A stretch of 64,000 nt of DNA from an uncultured Oscillospiraceae bacterium. GTDB lineage: Bacteria > Bacillota > Clostridia > Christensenellales > CAG-314. The stretch spans positions 8,566 to 72,565 of the forward strand of contig CAZFTO010000004.1 in assembly GCA_964521735.1 (NCBI GenBank), given 5' to 3'. The notes beneath the pieces are model-generated. The model saw only the letters and a list, made by a program, of their open reading frames with translations, searched no databases and was not told the origin of the DNA. Within the stretch, counting starts at the first letter, position 1. Each line of letters begins with the position of its first letter. This document shows, piece after piece, positions 38,508 through 48,114 of the stretch. A program made the position numbers and the translations under genes.

Positions 38508-38951
38508 ATGTCTCGTTCTGCAAGACAATCAAAAATTTTGGACGTAATTGGCCAAAACAGCATCGAAACGCAAGACGAACTTGTTGCCGCGCTAAGGGAA
38601 GACGGATTCGACGTCACCCAGGCAACAGTATCGCGCGACGTTAAAGAATTGGGACTTATAAAAATTCAGGATGCCAACGGCCGCTATCGCTATGCAACGC
38701 AACAAAAAACGGCAAAACTTTCCGGCAAGTTGCTAACGGTGCTACGTGAAGCCGTTATTTCCGTTGTAACGGCGGAAAACCTTATTGTCGTTCACACCAT
38801 AGCCAACGGTGCGCACGCCGTATCCGAAGCGGTGCAACAACTTTCGCTCAACGTTTTGGGCGTGCTGGCCGATGGTGACACAGTGCTTATTATTTGTGCT
38901 TCCACAACGGAAGCAAACTTGGCTGCGCAAAAGATAAACCAACTAATTTAA
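38508..38951 (+). CDS. argR: arginine repressor
   Basis: RQSKILDVIGQNSIETQDELVAALREDGFDVTQATVSRDVKELGL and GTIAGDDT-like LADGDTVLII. The ATG at 38508 sits 7 nt after AAGGAG. Confidence 0.93.
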   Translation: MSRSARQSKILDVIGQNSIETQDELVAALREDGFDVTQATVSRDVKELGLIKIQDANGRYRYATQQKTAKLSGKLLTVLREAVISVVTAENLIVVHTIANGAHAVSEAVQQLSLNVLGVLADGDTVLIICASTTEANLAAQKINQLI

Positions 38952-38955
38952 CAGT

Positions 38956-40665
38956 ATGATCAAAAAAATTGAAATTCGCAACATTGCGCTGATAGACCAA
39001 ATAGAAATTGATTTTTCCGACGGCTTGACGGTTCTTTCCGGCGAAACCGGCAGCGGCAAATCCATAATAATCGATTCGCTTGCATTCGTTTTGGGAGATA
39101 GGGCCGATAAAACCCTTATCAAGTACGGCGAGGACGAAGCATCCGTCTCCGCACTTTTTGAGGTGGACGAAACTTGTGCCGTGTTGGATAAGCTAGAAGA
39201 ATACGGCTACGGCAGAGATACGGAAATTTTGGTCAGTCGCAAAATGTCCGTTGCCGGCAAAAACGAAATTCGCATACAGGGCAAAACGGCTACGCTTGCT
39301 ATTTTGAAGGACGTTTGCGCCGAATTGGTGGATATTTTTGGGCAAGGTCAACACTTGGCGTTGCTCAACGAAAAGAAGCAACTGGAAGTTTTGGATAGTT
39401 TTTGCAATTTTGGCGGTGCAGACGAAAAGCTCAAAACGCAACTAGCTCCGCAATTGTTGCAGCTTAACAAACAACTTAAATCGTTTGGCGGAACGGATGC
39501 CGAGCGCGAACGTTTAGCGGACGTTTTGAAATATCAAATTGACGAAATTACCCGCGCGGAACTGGACGAAGCGGAAGAAGAAGAACTGCTTGCAAAGCAT
39601 AAGCGTTTTGTCAATGCCGAAAAAATTGCTCAGGCGTTGTCTCAATCCATAGAAGCGTTGGATGGCACGATGGGCGCCATAGGTCAAATTTCCACGGCTA
39701 AAAGCGCGTTGCGCGGCATTTCTTCGGTGGAAGAAACAGCCGATGGTTTGCACCAAAGGCTAGATTCCGTCGGGCTTGAACTTTCCGACGTGGCTGCCAC
39801 ATTAACCGACGTTTTGGACGGTTTGGATTTTAGTCCATACGAAGCCGATCGCATCGAAAACCGCTTGGAAAACATCAAAACCATAAAGCGCAAGTACGGC
39901 GGAACAATTGCCGATGCATTGCGGTTTTTAAGCGATGCGCAAACCAAATATGACGATTTGGTCAACGCTTCGGATAAAATTGAAAAACTAAACAAGCAAA
40001 AGAATGAAGTTTTGCAGGAAATGTATCAACTTTCTTTGCAAAAATCCCAAGAGCGCCAACGCGCGGCCGATCAGCTTGCGCAACGCATAATGAGAGAACT
40101 TGCCGATTTGGGCATGAAGGGCACCAAATTTCAAGTGCAATTCAACCAAACGCCCACTTTGGAAGAGTATTCCCATTCCCCATCGGCAAACGGCTTCGAC
40201 GAAGTGGTGTTCTTAATGTCGGCAAACGTCGGCGAACCGCTAAAACCGCTTTCTAAAGTTATTTCCGGTGGCGAAATGTCTCGCTTTATGCTAGCAGTTA
40301 AAAACATCACGGCGCAAGCGGAAAAAATTCCCACTATGGTGTTTGACGAAATTGATACCGGCATTTCTGGCAATATGGCGCAAATGGTGGCGGTAAAGTT
40401 GGCCAACGTGTCGGCGGATAGAGAAAACGGCTTCCAGTGCATTGTTATAACGCACTTGCCGCAAATATGCGCAATGAGCGACAACGCTCTCTACATCGAA
40501 AAGCAACAACAAAACGGCAAAACGCTCACGCGCGTTGTTCCCTTGACGGATCGCAACAGTCGCGCGGAAGAAGTTGCCCGTCTTATGGGCGGCGTGGGAC
40601 AATCGGCCTTGGTGGGCGCAAACGAACTGCTGGATTGGTCGCAAAACTACAAGGCATCTCGCTAG
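38956..40665 (+). CDS. recN: DNA repair protein RecN
   Basis: LSGETGSGKSIIIDSL (Walker A), the signature SGGEMSRFMLA, and MVFDEIDTGISG. Confidence 0.96.
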   Translation: MIKKIEIRNIALIDQIEIDFSDGLTVLSGETGSGKSIIIDSLAFVLGDRADKTLIKYGEDEASVSALFEVDETCAVLDKLEEYGYGRDTEILVSRKMSVAGKNEIRIQGKTATLAILKDVCAELVDIFGQGQHLALLNEKKQLEVLDSFCNFGGADEKLKTQLAPQLLQLNKQLKSFGGTDAERERLADVLKYQIDEITRAELDEAEEEELLAKHKRFVNAEKIAQALSQSIEALDGTMGAIGQISTAKSALRGISSVEETADGLHQRLDSVGLELSDVAATLTDVLDGLDFSPYEADRIENRLENIKTIKRKYGGTIADALRFLSDAQTKYDDLVNASDKIEKLNKQKNEVLQEMYQLSLQKSQERQRAADQLAQRIMRELADLGMKGTKFQVQFNQTPTLEEYSHSPSANGFDEVVFLMSANVGEPLKPLSKVISGGEMSRFMLAVKNITAQAEKIPTMVFDEIDTGISGNMAQMVAVKLANVSADRENGFQCIVITHLPQICAMSDNALYIEKQQQNGKTLTRVVPLTDRNSRAEEVARLMGGVGQSALVGANELLDWSQNYKASR

Positions 40666-40753
40666 CACTTTTGCCGTACCTGAAAATTCGAAGCCAACGT
40701 CGTTTTTAGTGCGGAGTTGGGTTTTACAATCAATGCTAATCAACTATGCAATC

Positions 40754-40783
40754 AACCCCGATATTCAATTCGGGGTTTTTGTT
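40754..40783 (+). terminator. intrinsic terminator after recN
   Basis: ccccga / tcgggg stem followed by tttttgttt. Confidence 0.65.
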
Positions 40784-41148
40784 TGCAATTTTTTTGGGAT
40801 TGTTCCGGCTAGCCGTGTTTTGTGTTTTTGCACTAATTTGGCAACAACTATTGTTTTTGTGTCGCCAATCAAGGCGCTGTGCTAGCCGTTATTTTGTTTG
40901 TGGCTGTTGTTCATAACACACCTAAATTTTCGTTTGCCCAACGCCTTGCATCTATCAGTTTTGTTTGCATACTTAGGTAACCCACTCCGATTGCTATAAA
41001 TTTTTTTACTTGCAGTTTTATGTTTTTATTATTTTCACCATATAATTTTTTCGTTTTGGTCGTCATCTAACCGTCAATTTTCATCAACTCTACGCGTAAG
41101 GCCGCAAATTTTGGCCTCTATTGCTTGAATATTGTCCAAAATTGCCTC

Positions 41149-41177
41149 TTGAAAAGTCGCTTGCAGAATGGTATACT
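41149..41177 (+). promoter_or_regulatory. sigma-A promoter giving a leader of about 235 nt for the flavoprotein gene
   Basis: TTGAAA, a 17 nt spacer, then TGgTATACT. The core tggtatactaata is identical to the one in the rimP promoter. Confidence 0.55.
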
Positions 41178-41416
41178 AATATGCAGTAGTGAAGTAGAAC
41201 TTTTATCTAGCAACAAAATTTTTGCAAATTTTTTGTTTTACACTTCACGGCGTGAACCCGTCCGGCACAAGACTTATTGCAAACAAGTGTTAACTTATCA
41301 TGCAAAATAAACGTTGTTTATTGCAAAGCGCAGAGATTGGCATACAAAAGGCGTTTTGCAAGGTACCAAACAAAAACTGTTTGCAAACTTAACAAAAAAA
41401 CACAAACGGAGGAAAT

Positions 41417-42784
41417 ATGACAAATTGTGACGTATTGATTATCGGTGCGGCAACGTCCGGTTGCTATTTGGCAAAACTTTTGGCGCAAAAGGGCGCTAGT
41501 GTTATCGTTGCCGACAGGCTAACGGAACAAACGCTTGGCAACAGGTTGGATATTTTCCACATGACGCGCCGCGAAATGAAAAAATACGATTTACCCTGTC
41601 CGCAAAAGGGCGACGGCATCTACGAATTTGAATTTGCCGATAACTACACCTATTCGCCGCACGGCAACTACCCTAAGTATAACTACGACGAAGTGGTTGG
41701 CATGCACATGGCCAAATACATTGCTCTTATGAAAAGTCAAGCGGAACAAGCCGGCGCAAGCTTTTTGTTCGGGCATGATTTTCAAAAGTTTATTTTCCAA
41801 GACGGAAAAATTGTGGGCGCCACCTTCGCCGCGGATGGCCAAACGCAGGATATTTTTGCCAAAGTGGTTGTGGATTGTTCCGGCGCGGATGCAAAACCCA
41901 GAACGTCCCTGCCTGATGGTTTTTGGGTGGATAACTTCCCGCTGGGCGGCAACGACAAATTCTACGTGATTTTGCGTTACGTAAAACTAAAAAATCCCAA
42001 AGATTTTGTTGATGCTTCGGGCAAATTTGTTTGTCGCGGATGGACGTACTACAAGGCATGGTTGGCACCTTGTTCTTCCGACGGTTCCGATGCCATTTTG
42101 GGCATAGGCGCTTGCACAAGCTACGATCACGGCGAAGAAGTGTTTGCCACGTTGCAACAAAACGTTGCCTTGCCAGAACACGAAGTGGTGCGCTACGAAA
42201 GGGGCACAACGCCTTATTCTCGCCCGCCCTATTCTTTTGTTGCCGATAACTTTGTTGTTTGCGGTGACGCTGGTGCACTAACAAAACCCAACAACGGCGA
42301 AGGCGTGACCAGTAGCATGGAACAAATGCTTATCGTTGCAGACGTTGTAGGTGAAGCGTTGCGTAGTGGCGACACCTCTGCAAATGCGCTGTGGCCCATA
42401 AACGTGCGCTACAATTTGGTGCAAGGTGCGGATTTTGCTTCCACACGCGCATTGTTCACAAAGGCCGTTCGTGCCAAAATAGAAGAGTGGGAATATTTGT
42501 TCAAAAAGTCCGTCATTTTTGACGACAGGTTTTTCGACGGAGGAAAAACCATGCCGCCCTCCACAACGCCTGTTCGGGATGCTTTGCACCTTGTGTTTGG
42601 TATTTTGGGCGGAGTGCTTAGTGGCAAAGTTAGTTGCAAAACAATCGGCGCATTTTCCGACGGTCTAAAATTGGGTAAAAAACTTAAAAAACACTATTTG
42701 CGTTTTCCAACAAGCCCCGATGGTTTTGATGCATGGAAGAAAAAAGCCGATAAACTTTGGAACAAAGTTGGCAAAATGCAGTAG
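41417..42784 (+). CDS. FAD-dependent oxidoreductase, geranylgeranyl-reductase-like family
   Basis: The dinucleotide fold DVLIIGAATSGCYLAKLLAQKGASVIVADR and CGDAGALTKPNNGEGV, which corresponds to the GDAAG..P..GEG motif of the GGR/FixC family. GGAGG RBS. Confidence 0.7.
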   Translation: MTNCDVLIIGAATSGCYLAKLLAQKGASVIVADRLTEQTLGNRLDIFHMTRREMKKYDLPCPQKGDGIYEFEFADNYTYSPHGNYPKYNYDEVVGMHMAKYIALMKSQAEQAGASFLFGHDFQKFIFQDGKIVGATFAADGQTQDIFAKVVVDCSGADAKPRTSLPDGFWVDNFPLGGNDKFYVILRYVKLKNPKDFVDASGKFVCRGWTYYKAWLAPCSSDGSDAILGIGACTSYDHGEEVFATLQQNVALPEHEVVRYERGTTPYSRPPYSFVADNFVVCGDAGALTKPNNGEGVTSSMEQMLIVADVVGEALRSGDTSANALWPINVRYNLVQGADFASTRALFTKAVRAKIEEWEYLFKKSVIFDDRFFDGGKTMPPSTTPVRDALHLVFGILGGVLSGKVSCKTIGAFSDGLKLGKKLKKHYLRFPTSPDGFDAWKKKADKLWNKVGKMQ

Positions 42785-42857
42785 CTTTCGCCCGTTTTCG
42801 TGTAAATTGACTTCAACAAACGGCTTTTAACTACTGAGGATAAATAATGCACACAAA

Positions 42858-42889
42858 TTGAGTTCGACAACCGTCGGGCTCAATTTTTT
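42858..42889 (+). terminator. intrinsic terminator after the flavoprotein gene
   Basis: ttgagttcgac-aacc-gtcgggctcaa forms an 11 bp stem with two G-U pairs, followed by tttttt. Confidence 0.7.
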
Positions 42890-43025
42890 CGTTTGAGAAA
42901 ATGCATTTTTCACTTTGCGTTGGCGCCTTGCAATAAGTTTAGCAACGGCTCGGCGTGTTGGTAAGGCAAACTGCCAGTGACGTTGCTTTTCGCTTGAGCA
43001 GGCGCTAGCGAAAAAATGTAATGGT

Positions 43026-43054
43026 GAATATATCACGGCGGTTGTGGCAAACTA
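43026..43054 (+). promoter_or_regulatory. possible forespore (SigF/SigG-type) promoter for spoIVB
   Basis: GAATA-N17-CAAACTA resembles the SigG consensus as I recall it (GnATA-N17/18-CATAnTA). This is a weak call. Confidence 0.25.
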
Positions 43055-43079
43055 ACTTCGTATAAGGAGAGGTGAACGG

Positions 43080-44201
43080 ATGAAGCGAAAGTTGCCCTTG
43101 TTGATGCTTTTTGTTGCAATTTGTTTGTGCGTGGCGTTTTGCTTACCATTTAGTCAGGTTGTTTCGTCACATTTTGTAAAGGCGGTGGAAGTTTCTGCCG
43201 CGGGCGACAGTCCGCTGCAATTTTTGGATGACGTTGCCGATTTGTTCGTTGGCACAAACGCTTGTGCTAAAATTGATGAGCAAGTGTATTTGGGAGGTTA
43301 TCCGCTTGGGATAACCATAGATGGCGATGGTGTCACGGTGATAGGCCTAAACGAATTTTTCAACGAGGAGGGCAATCTGTGTTGTCCGGCGTTGGATGCG
43401 CAGTTGCAACTTAACGACGTTGTTTTGGAATTGGACGGAAAAAAGATATTCAATTCTGCAAAACTTGCCGAAATTGCCATGAGCAGCAAAGGCAAAAATT
43501 TGCCGCTAACCTACCTGCGCGACGGTCAAATGCGCACGACAACGATAACTCCACAAAAGGATTTGTCCGCCGGTCACTATCGTTTGGGGTTGTGGACTCG
43601 CGATTCGTCTAGCGGCGTTGGCACCTTGACGTATGTAAGAAAAAATCTTTCTTTCGGCAGTCTTGGTCACCCCATAACTGCGCCTAGTGGCGAAATGGTT
43701 TGTTGCAAAAACGGCGGTGTTTTCAACTGCACCATAAACGGTGTAGAAAAGGGCAAGCGTGGTGCCGCCGGCGAGCTTAAAGGCAGTTTTTCCTACGAAA
43801 AGCGCATTGGCAATTTGTATGCCAACAACAAATACGGCGCATTTGGCAACTTTTCGTCCGTGCCGGAATTTTGCAACAACGGCAACGTGGTGCAGGTGGC
43901 GGACGTTAGCGAAGTTGTGCCTGGCAAGGCGGAAATTTATTGCACTTTGCAGGATAATTCGCGGCAAAAATATCAAATAGAAATTGTAAAGGCCACGCGG
44001 CAAACGTCGCCTTCGGATAGAGGCATGGTTATTCACATCACGGATAGGCGCTTGTTGGAGCAAACTGGCGGCATCGTGCAAGGCATGAGTGGCAGTCCTA
44101 TCGTGCAAAACGGCAAATTGGTTGGCGCAGTTACGCACGTTTTTGTCAACGACCCAACGCGCGGCTACGGTATATACGCAAAGTGGATGCTGTGCAACTA
44201 G
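43080..44201 (+). CDS. spoIVB: SpoIVB peptidase (S55)
   Basis: Signal anchor, PDZ segment (LQLNDVVLELDGKKI), catalytic region GIVQGMSGSPIVQNGKLVGAVTHVFVNDPTRGYGI, and a position after recN. Confidence 0.92.
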   Translation: MKRKLPLLMLFVAICLCVAFCLPFSQVVSSHFVKAVEVSAAGDSPLQFLDDVADLFVGTNACAKIDEQVYLGGYPLGITIDGDGVTVIGLNEFFNEEGNLCCPALDAQLQLNDVVLELDGKKIFNSAKLAEIAMSSKGKNLPLTYLRDGQMRTTTITPQKDLSAGHYRLGLWTRDSSSGVGTLTYVRKNLSFGSLGHPITAPSGEMVCCKNGGVFNCTINGVEKGKRGAAGELKGSFSYEKRIGNLYANNKYGAFGNFSSVPEFCNNGNVVQVADVSEVVPGKAEIYCTLQDNSRQKYQIEIVKATRQTSPSDRGMVIHITDRRLLEQTGGIVQGMSGSPIVQNGKLVGAVTHVFVNDPTRGYGIYAKWMLCN

Positions 44202-44259
44202 TTTTGCGCATATTGCCTCAAAATGTAATTTTTTGCAAAGGGCGTTCATATATGGTTGT

Positions 44260-44835
44260 ATGAACGTCTTTTCTGTTGGACTATTTGCGCAAGAGGCATG
44301 GCAGCGTTTGCGTTTGGAAAAACTAAAACTGTTGGTGTGTTGTTTGTGCGTTGCAGTAGGAACTGTGCTGGGCATCGTGCTGTTCAATGCCACGCAGTGC
44401 CAGTGGTGGGGAACAAACCGATTCGACTATGCCTTCAAACTTATGCACGGCGGATTTTTTGCTTTGCTGGTTTCGTATGCGGCGTGCGTGGCGCTTGTTG
44501 CTGCGCCGCTTTCGCTTGGTTTTGCGTGGCAATGGGCGTGGTTTGTGCCCTACGTAGTGGCGTTTGTAACGGCCATTTATTTTGGTGCCAACTGCGGTGC
44601 TGTGCTGGTTTACGACGGCTTTTTGGGCGCGCTCTACGTGATATTCGTTTTGCTTGTGGAACTTGCCGCAAATGCATTTTGTTGTTTTTGGGCGGCAACG
44701 GATTGTTGTTGCAGTGGTAGTTTTTGGCCGTTATCTAGGCAGGCAAAAGAAGTTGTTGCTATGCAAATTGTTGCCGTTTTTGTGAAATTGTTTGTTAATT
44801 TTGTGTTATTGCGCGGGATAACTGCTTTAATTTGA
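44260..44835 (+). CDS. polytopic membrane protein, possibly SpoIIM-like
   Basis: 191 aa with five or so hydrophobic helices. It neighbours deoB, and spoIIM lies near drm/deoB in B. subtilis. No diagnostic motif was recognised. Confidence 0.35.
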   Translation: MNVFSVGLFAQEAWQRLRLEKLKLLVCCLCVAVGTVLGIVLFNATQCQWWGTNRFDYAFKLMHGGFFALLVSYAACVALVAAPLSLGFAWQWAWFVPYVVAFVTAIYFGANCGAVLVYDGFLGALYVIFVLLVELAANAFCCFWAATDCCCSGSFWPLSRQAKEVVAMQIVAVFVKLFVNFVLLRGITALI

Positions 44836-44882
44836 TTGTTAAATTTTGGTGAGTTTGGTATAATACAGCTAGGAGAAAAGAA

Positions 44883-46031
44883 ATGAGAGCTTTTATATTG
44901 GTAATTGACGGTTTTGGAATCGGCGCCATGCCCGATTGCAAAAAGTTTAACGATTTTGGCGCAAACACACTAAAAAACATTCGCGCCGCATACGATTTGG
45001 ATATTCCCAATTTGCAAGACATGGGTTTATATTGTATTGACGGCACCTATAACGACGATCGTGAACCCTGCGCTGCTTTTGCAAGATTGGAAGAACTTTC
45101 TAAGGGAAAGGATACGACGGTTGGCCACTGGGAAATGGCCGGTGTAATCACAAATGAGGCTATGCCCACCTTCCCCAACGGTTTTCCTAAGGAATTTGTT
45201 GCTCGTTTGGAAAAAGAATTGGGCACCAAAATTTTGTGCAACAAGCCGTATAGCGGCACGGAAGTGATAAAAGACTATGGTGAAGAACATCTAAAAACAG
45301 GCTATCCCATTGTTTACACTTCGGCCGATAGTGTTTTGCAAATTGCCGTGCACATGGATAAATATACCATCGAAGAACTGTACGACATGTGTGAAAAAGC
45401 TCGTGCGTTGTGCGTTGGCAAGTACGGCGTTGGCCGCATTATTGCTCGCCCCTTCACGGGAGAATATCCCTTCACTCGCACTGCGGAAAGAAAGGATTTT
45501 TCCCTCAATCCTCCTGCAAAAACCATTTTGGATTTTGTTAGCGATGCAGGGTTGTCTAGCGTTGCCGTTGGCAAAATAGAATATATTTTCAACGGACAAG
45601 GCATCACTAGAAGTATCCATACCGAAAGCAACTTGGATGGGCTCAACAAAACCATCGAAATTGCAAAAGAAGATTTTGACGGTTTGGTGTTTGTAAACTT
45701 GGTGGATACCGACATGAAGTTCGGCCACCGCAGAGACGTTTTCGGCTATGCCGAAGCGTTGGAAGAAATTGATGCCAAGGTTGGCGAATTGGTGAAAGTG
45801 ATGAATCACGACGACGTGTTGTATATCACTGGCGACCATGGTTGCGACCCCACACACAAAACTCACACCGATCACACACGCGAATACACTCCGTTGCTTA
45901 TCTACGGATGCGAAGTTGTTCCCACAAATTTGGGCACATTAAAGGGTTTCGACGTTATTTGCGACACCATAAAGGAACAGTTGGAAATCGGCAACGGCGC
46001 AAAATCCGTTTGGGAAAGAATCACACGCTAA
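44883..46031 (+). CDS. deoB: phosphopentomutase
   Basis: MRAFILVIDGFGIG, GKDTTVGHWEMAG, NLVDTDMKFGHRRD and GDHGCDPT. Confidence 0.95.
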   Translation: MRAFILVIDGFGIGAMPDCKKFNDFGANTLKNIRAAYDLDIPNLQDMGLYCIDGTYNDDREPCAAFARLEELSKGKDTTVGHWEMAGVITNEAMPTFPNGFPKEFVARLEKELGTKILCNKPYSGTEVIKDYGEEHLKTGYPIVYTSADSVLQIAVHMDKYTIEELYDMCEKARALCVGKYGVGRIIARPFTGEYPFTRTAERKDFSLNPPAKTILDFVSDAGLSSVAVGKIEYIFNGQGITRSIHTESNLDGLNKTIEIAKEDFDGLVFVNLVDTDMKFGHRRDVFGYAEALEEIDAKVGELVKVMNHDDVLYITGDHGCDPTHKTHTDHTREYTPLLIYGCEVVPTNLGTLKGFDVICDTIKEQLEIGNGAKSVWERITR

Positions 46032-46047
46032 ATTTGTTTTGCATATT

Positions 46048-46079
46048 GCACCTCGAAATGTTTTTCGGGGTGCTTTTTT
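46048..46079 (+). terminator. intrinsic terminator after deoB
   Basis: gcacctcgaaa-tgtt-tttcggggtgc followed by tttttt. Confidence 0.75.
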
Positions 46080-46082
46080 GTT

Positions 46083-46112
46083 GCATAGTGCTGCCACAAC
46101 TGCAAATACTAT
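46083..46112 (+). promoter_or_regulatory. possible SigE-type mother-cell promoter for the dacB-like gene
   Basis: gcATAgt-N15-aATActaT compared with the recalled SigE consensus kmATAtt-N14-cATAcanT. This is a weak call. Confidence 0.25.
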
Positions 46113-46142
46113 TGGTGAAAAATAAAATTTGGATGGTGTGCT

Positions 46143-47267
46143 ATGAAAAAGATAATTCTCGCTGTTTTGTTTTGTATTTTTTGTGCGTGTGCACTGGCCC
46201 CCACAATGGCTTTTGCCGAAAATACGCCTGCAGTTTCTGCAAAAGAGGCAATTTTGACAACCTGCGACGGCCAAGTGCTTTTCGAAAAGAACAGTACGGA
46301 AAAACGTCCTATTGCCAGCATGACAAAAATAATGACTTTGTGTTGCATCTACGACGGGGTGGAAAGTGGAAGAATTTCGCTAGACGACGACGTTCAGGTT
46401 AGTGCGCGCGCCGCATCCATGGGCGGTTCGCAGGTGTTTTTGGAGGCGGGTGGCATCTACAAGGCCGAACAACTTGTAAAATCCATAATAGTTTGTTCGG
46501 CAAACGACAGTTGCGTGGCCATGGCCGAACACCTTTGCGGCAGCGTGGAAAGTTTTGTTGCGCAAATGAACGACAAAGCAAAAGAGTGGGGACTTGTGGC
46601 CACTCATTTCGAAAATTGCACGGGTTTGCCGCACGTAAGTCAGTTTTCCTGTGCAAAGGACGTTGCCGTGATGCTATCCAAGCTTATGCGCTATCCGCAT
46701 TATTTTGACTGCGCTTGCGTTTGGATGGAAGATTTTGTTCACCCCAGCGGCCGTGTTACCGGTATGACCAACACAAACAAACTTGTGCGGTTCTACGAGG
46801 GGTGCGACGGCGGCAAAACCGGTTTTACCAACGAAGCAATGCACTGTTTGGCAGCAACGGCCAAGCGTGGCGACACTCGTGTAATTGCTGTGGTGGTGGG
46901 CGCCGAATCCAGCAAAACTCGTTTCAAGGAAGTTTCGGGAATGTTCGATTTCGCCTTTGCAAACTATCAAAACAAAGTGTATGTCAAGTGCGGCGAAAGT
47001 GTGCAAAACTTTTGCGTTGCCGGCGGCAAAAATGAAGTTTGCGCAGTTGCATCCCAAAACCTTTGTTCTTTTGGCAAAAAGGGGCAACGATTGCAAATGC
47101 AAGTGGAGCTGGCCGAAAACTTACGCGCGCCGCTTGCAGCAGGGCAAAAGGTGGGTGTCGCTCGCTTAGTTGACGGAGACAAAACCGTTGCCGAAGTGGA
47201 CTTGGTCAGTCAAACGGCGATTAGCAGAAAATCCGTTTGGGACTACGTTAAAGAAATTGTGCGTTAA
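46143..47267 (+). CDS. dacB: D-alanyl-D-alanine carboxypeptidase (S11, DacB-like)
   Basis: Signal peptide, SMTKIM (SxxK), SAND (SxN) and KTGFT (KTG). Confidence 0.9.
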   Translation: MKKIILAVLFCIFCACALAPTMAFAENTPAVSAKEAILTTCDGQVLFEKNSTEKRPIASMTKIMTLCCIYDGVESGRISLDDDVQVSARAASMGGSQVFLEAGGIYKAEQLVKSIIVCSANDSCVAMAEHLCGSVESFVAQMNDKAKEWGLVATHFENCTGLPHVSQFSCAKDVAVMLSKLMRYPHYFDCACVWMEDFVHPSGRVTGMTNTNKLVRFYEGCDGGKTGFTNEAMHCLAATAKRGDTRVIAVVVGAESSKTRFKEVSGMFDFAFANYQNKVYVKCGESVQNFCVAGGKNEVCAVASQNLCSFGKKGQRLQMQVELAENLRAPLAAGQKVGVARLVDGDKTVAEVDLVSQTAISRKSVWDYVKEIVR

Positions 47268-47278
47268 CACGCAAGTTG

Positions 47279-47306
47279 CGGGGCAGTTATTGCCCCGTTT
47301 TGTTTT
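47279..47306 (+). terminator. intrinsic terminator after dacB
   Basis: cggggca-gttat-tgccccg followed by ttttgtttt. Confidence 0.75.
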
Positions 47307-47403
47307 GCAAAGGCAAAATTGGCAGTTTTGCTTTGGCAAAACAGTTTTCGGCATTATATATTGTGTTTGACTTTACAATGGAAATTTGATATAATTAACC
47401 AGT

Positions 47404-48114
47404 ATGTATATCTATCGTTTACTAACTGCAAACGGCGGAACTATCAGTCGCGAAGGAATGTTGAACGTGGCAGCCTTTGTGCTAGCAATTGTTTTTGCTC
47501 TTACTTTGCACGAAATTGCGCACGGGCTTGTTGCGCTTTGGAACGGTGATCCCACCGCAAAATATAACGGCAGGTTGTCGGTAAACCCACTAAAGCACTT
47601 CGATTTGTTTGGGCTTTTGATGATGCTGCTTGTTGGTTTTGGATGGGCAAAACCTGTTCCCGTCAATCCAAACAATTTCAAAAATCGCAAGTTGGGATGC
47701 GTTACGGTTTCTGCCGCGGGCATTGTCACCAACTTGTTGTTGGCCTTTTTGTTTGCATTGCCGGCCGTAGTGTTGGGGCAAATTGGCGTGGTTGCTGGCA
47801 CGGCAAAATACTATTGGGTGTATTTTGGCTATTTCTTTTGCTATTGCATGACGGCGCTAAACGTTTCCTTTGCGTTGTTCAATCTGTTGCCTCTTTATCC
47901 GTTGGATGGCTATCGTTTGTTGGCTTGTTTTGTCAGCGAAAACAACGGTTTTATGCGTTTTGTGCGTAGGTACAGTTTGTATATAATGCTTGTGTGCATA
48001 GTTTGGGACTATATTCCCATTGTTTCCACCTATTCGCCTTTCAATTTGCTTATAGGTTGGGTTGGCGACAAAATTCAAAGCGGTTTTTGCGCTTTTTGGA
48101 GGTTGATTGTATGA
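47404..48114 (+). CDS. M50-family site-2 metalloprotease
   Basis: LHEIAHGLVA (HExxH) and NLLPLYPLDGYRL; the protein is polytopic. Confidence 0.88.
   Translation: MYIYRLLTANGGTISREGMLNVAAFVLAIVFALTLHEIAHGLVALWNGDPTAKYNGRLSVNPLKHFDLFGLLMMLLVGFGWAKPVPVNPNNFKNRKLGCVTVSAAGIVTNLLLAFLFALPAVVLGQIGVVAGTAKYYWVYFGYFFCYCMTALNVSFALFNLLPLYPLDGYRLLACFVSENNGFMRFVRRYSLYIMLVCIVWDYIPIVSTYSPFNLLIGWVGDKIQSGFCAFWRLIV

Noticed and set aside
40786-41148. A possible 51-aa minus-strand ORF (about 41068 down to 40913), and imperfect direct repeats gctagccgtgttttgtg and gctagccgttattttgtttgtg (at about 40813 and 40882) in the recN-downstream spacer.
   Set aside because: The ORF has no Shine-Dalgarno sequence, no recognisable features, and is on the opposite strand to all its neighbours. 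The repeats are short and T-rich. The evidence is too thin to call a gene or a repeat element.
41178-41416. Six TTGCAA palindromes within the flavoprotein leader, considered as a possible repeated operator.
   Set aside because: TTGCAA and TTGCAAA are very frequent throughout this window, in both coding and intergenic DNA (through TTG, GCA and CAA codon usage and -35-like boxes). Local enrichment is not clearly above the genome background.
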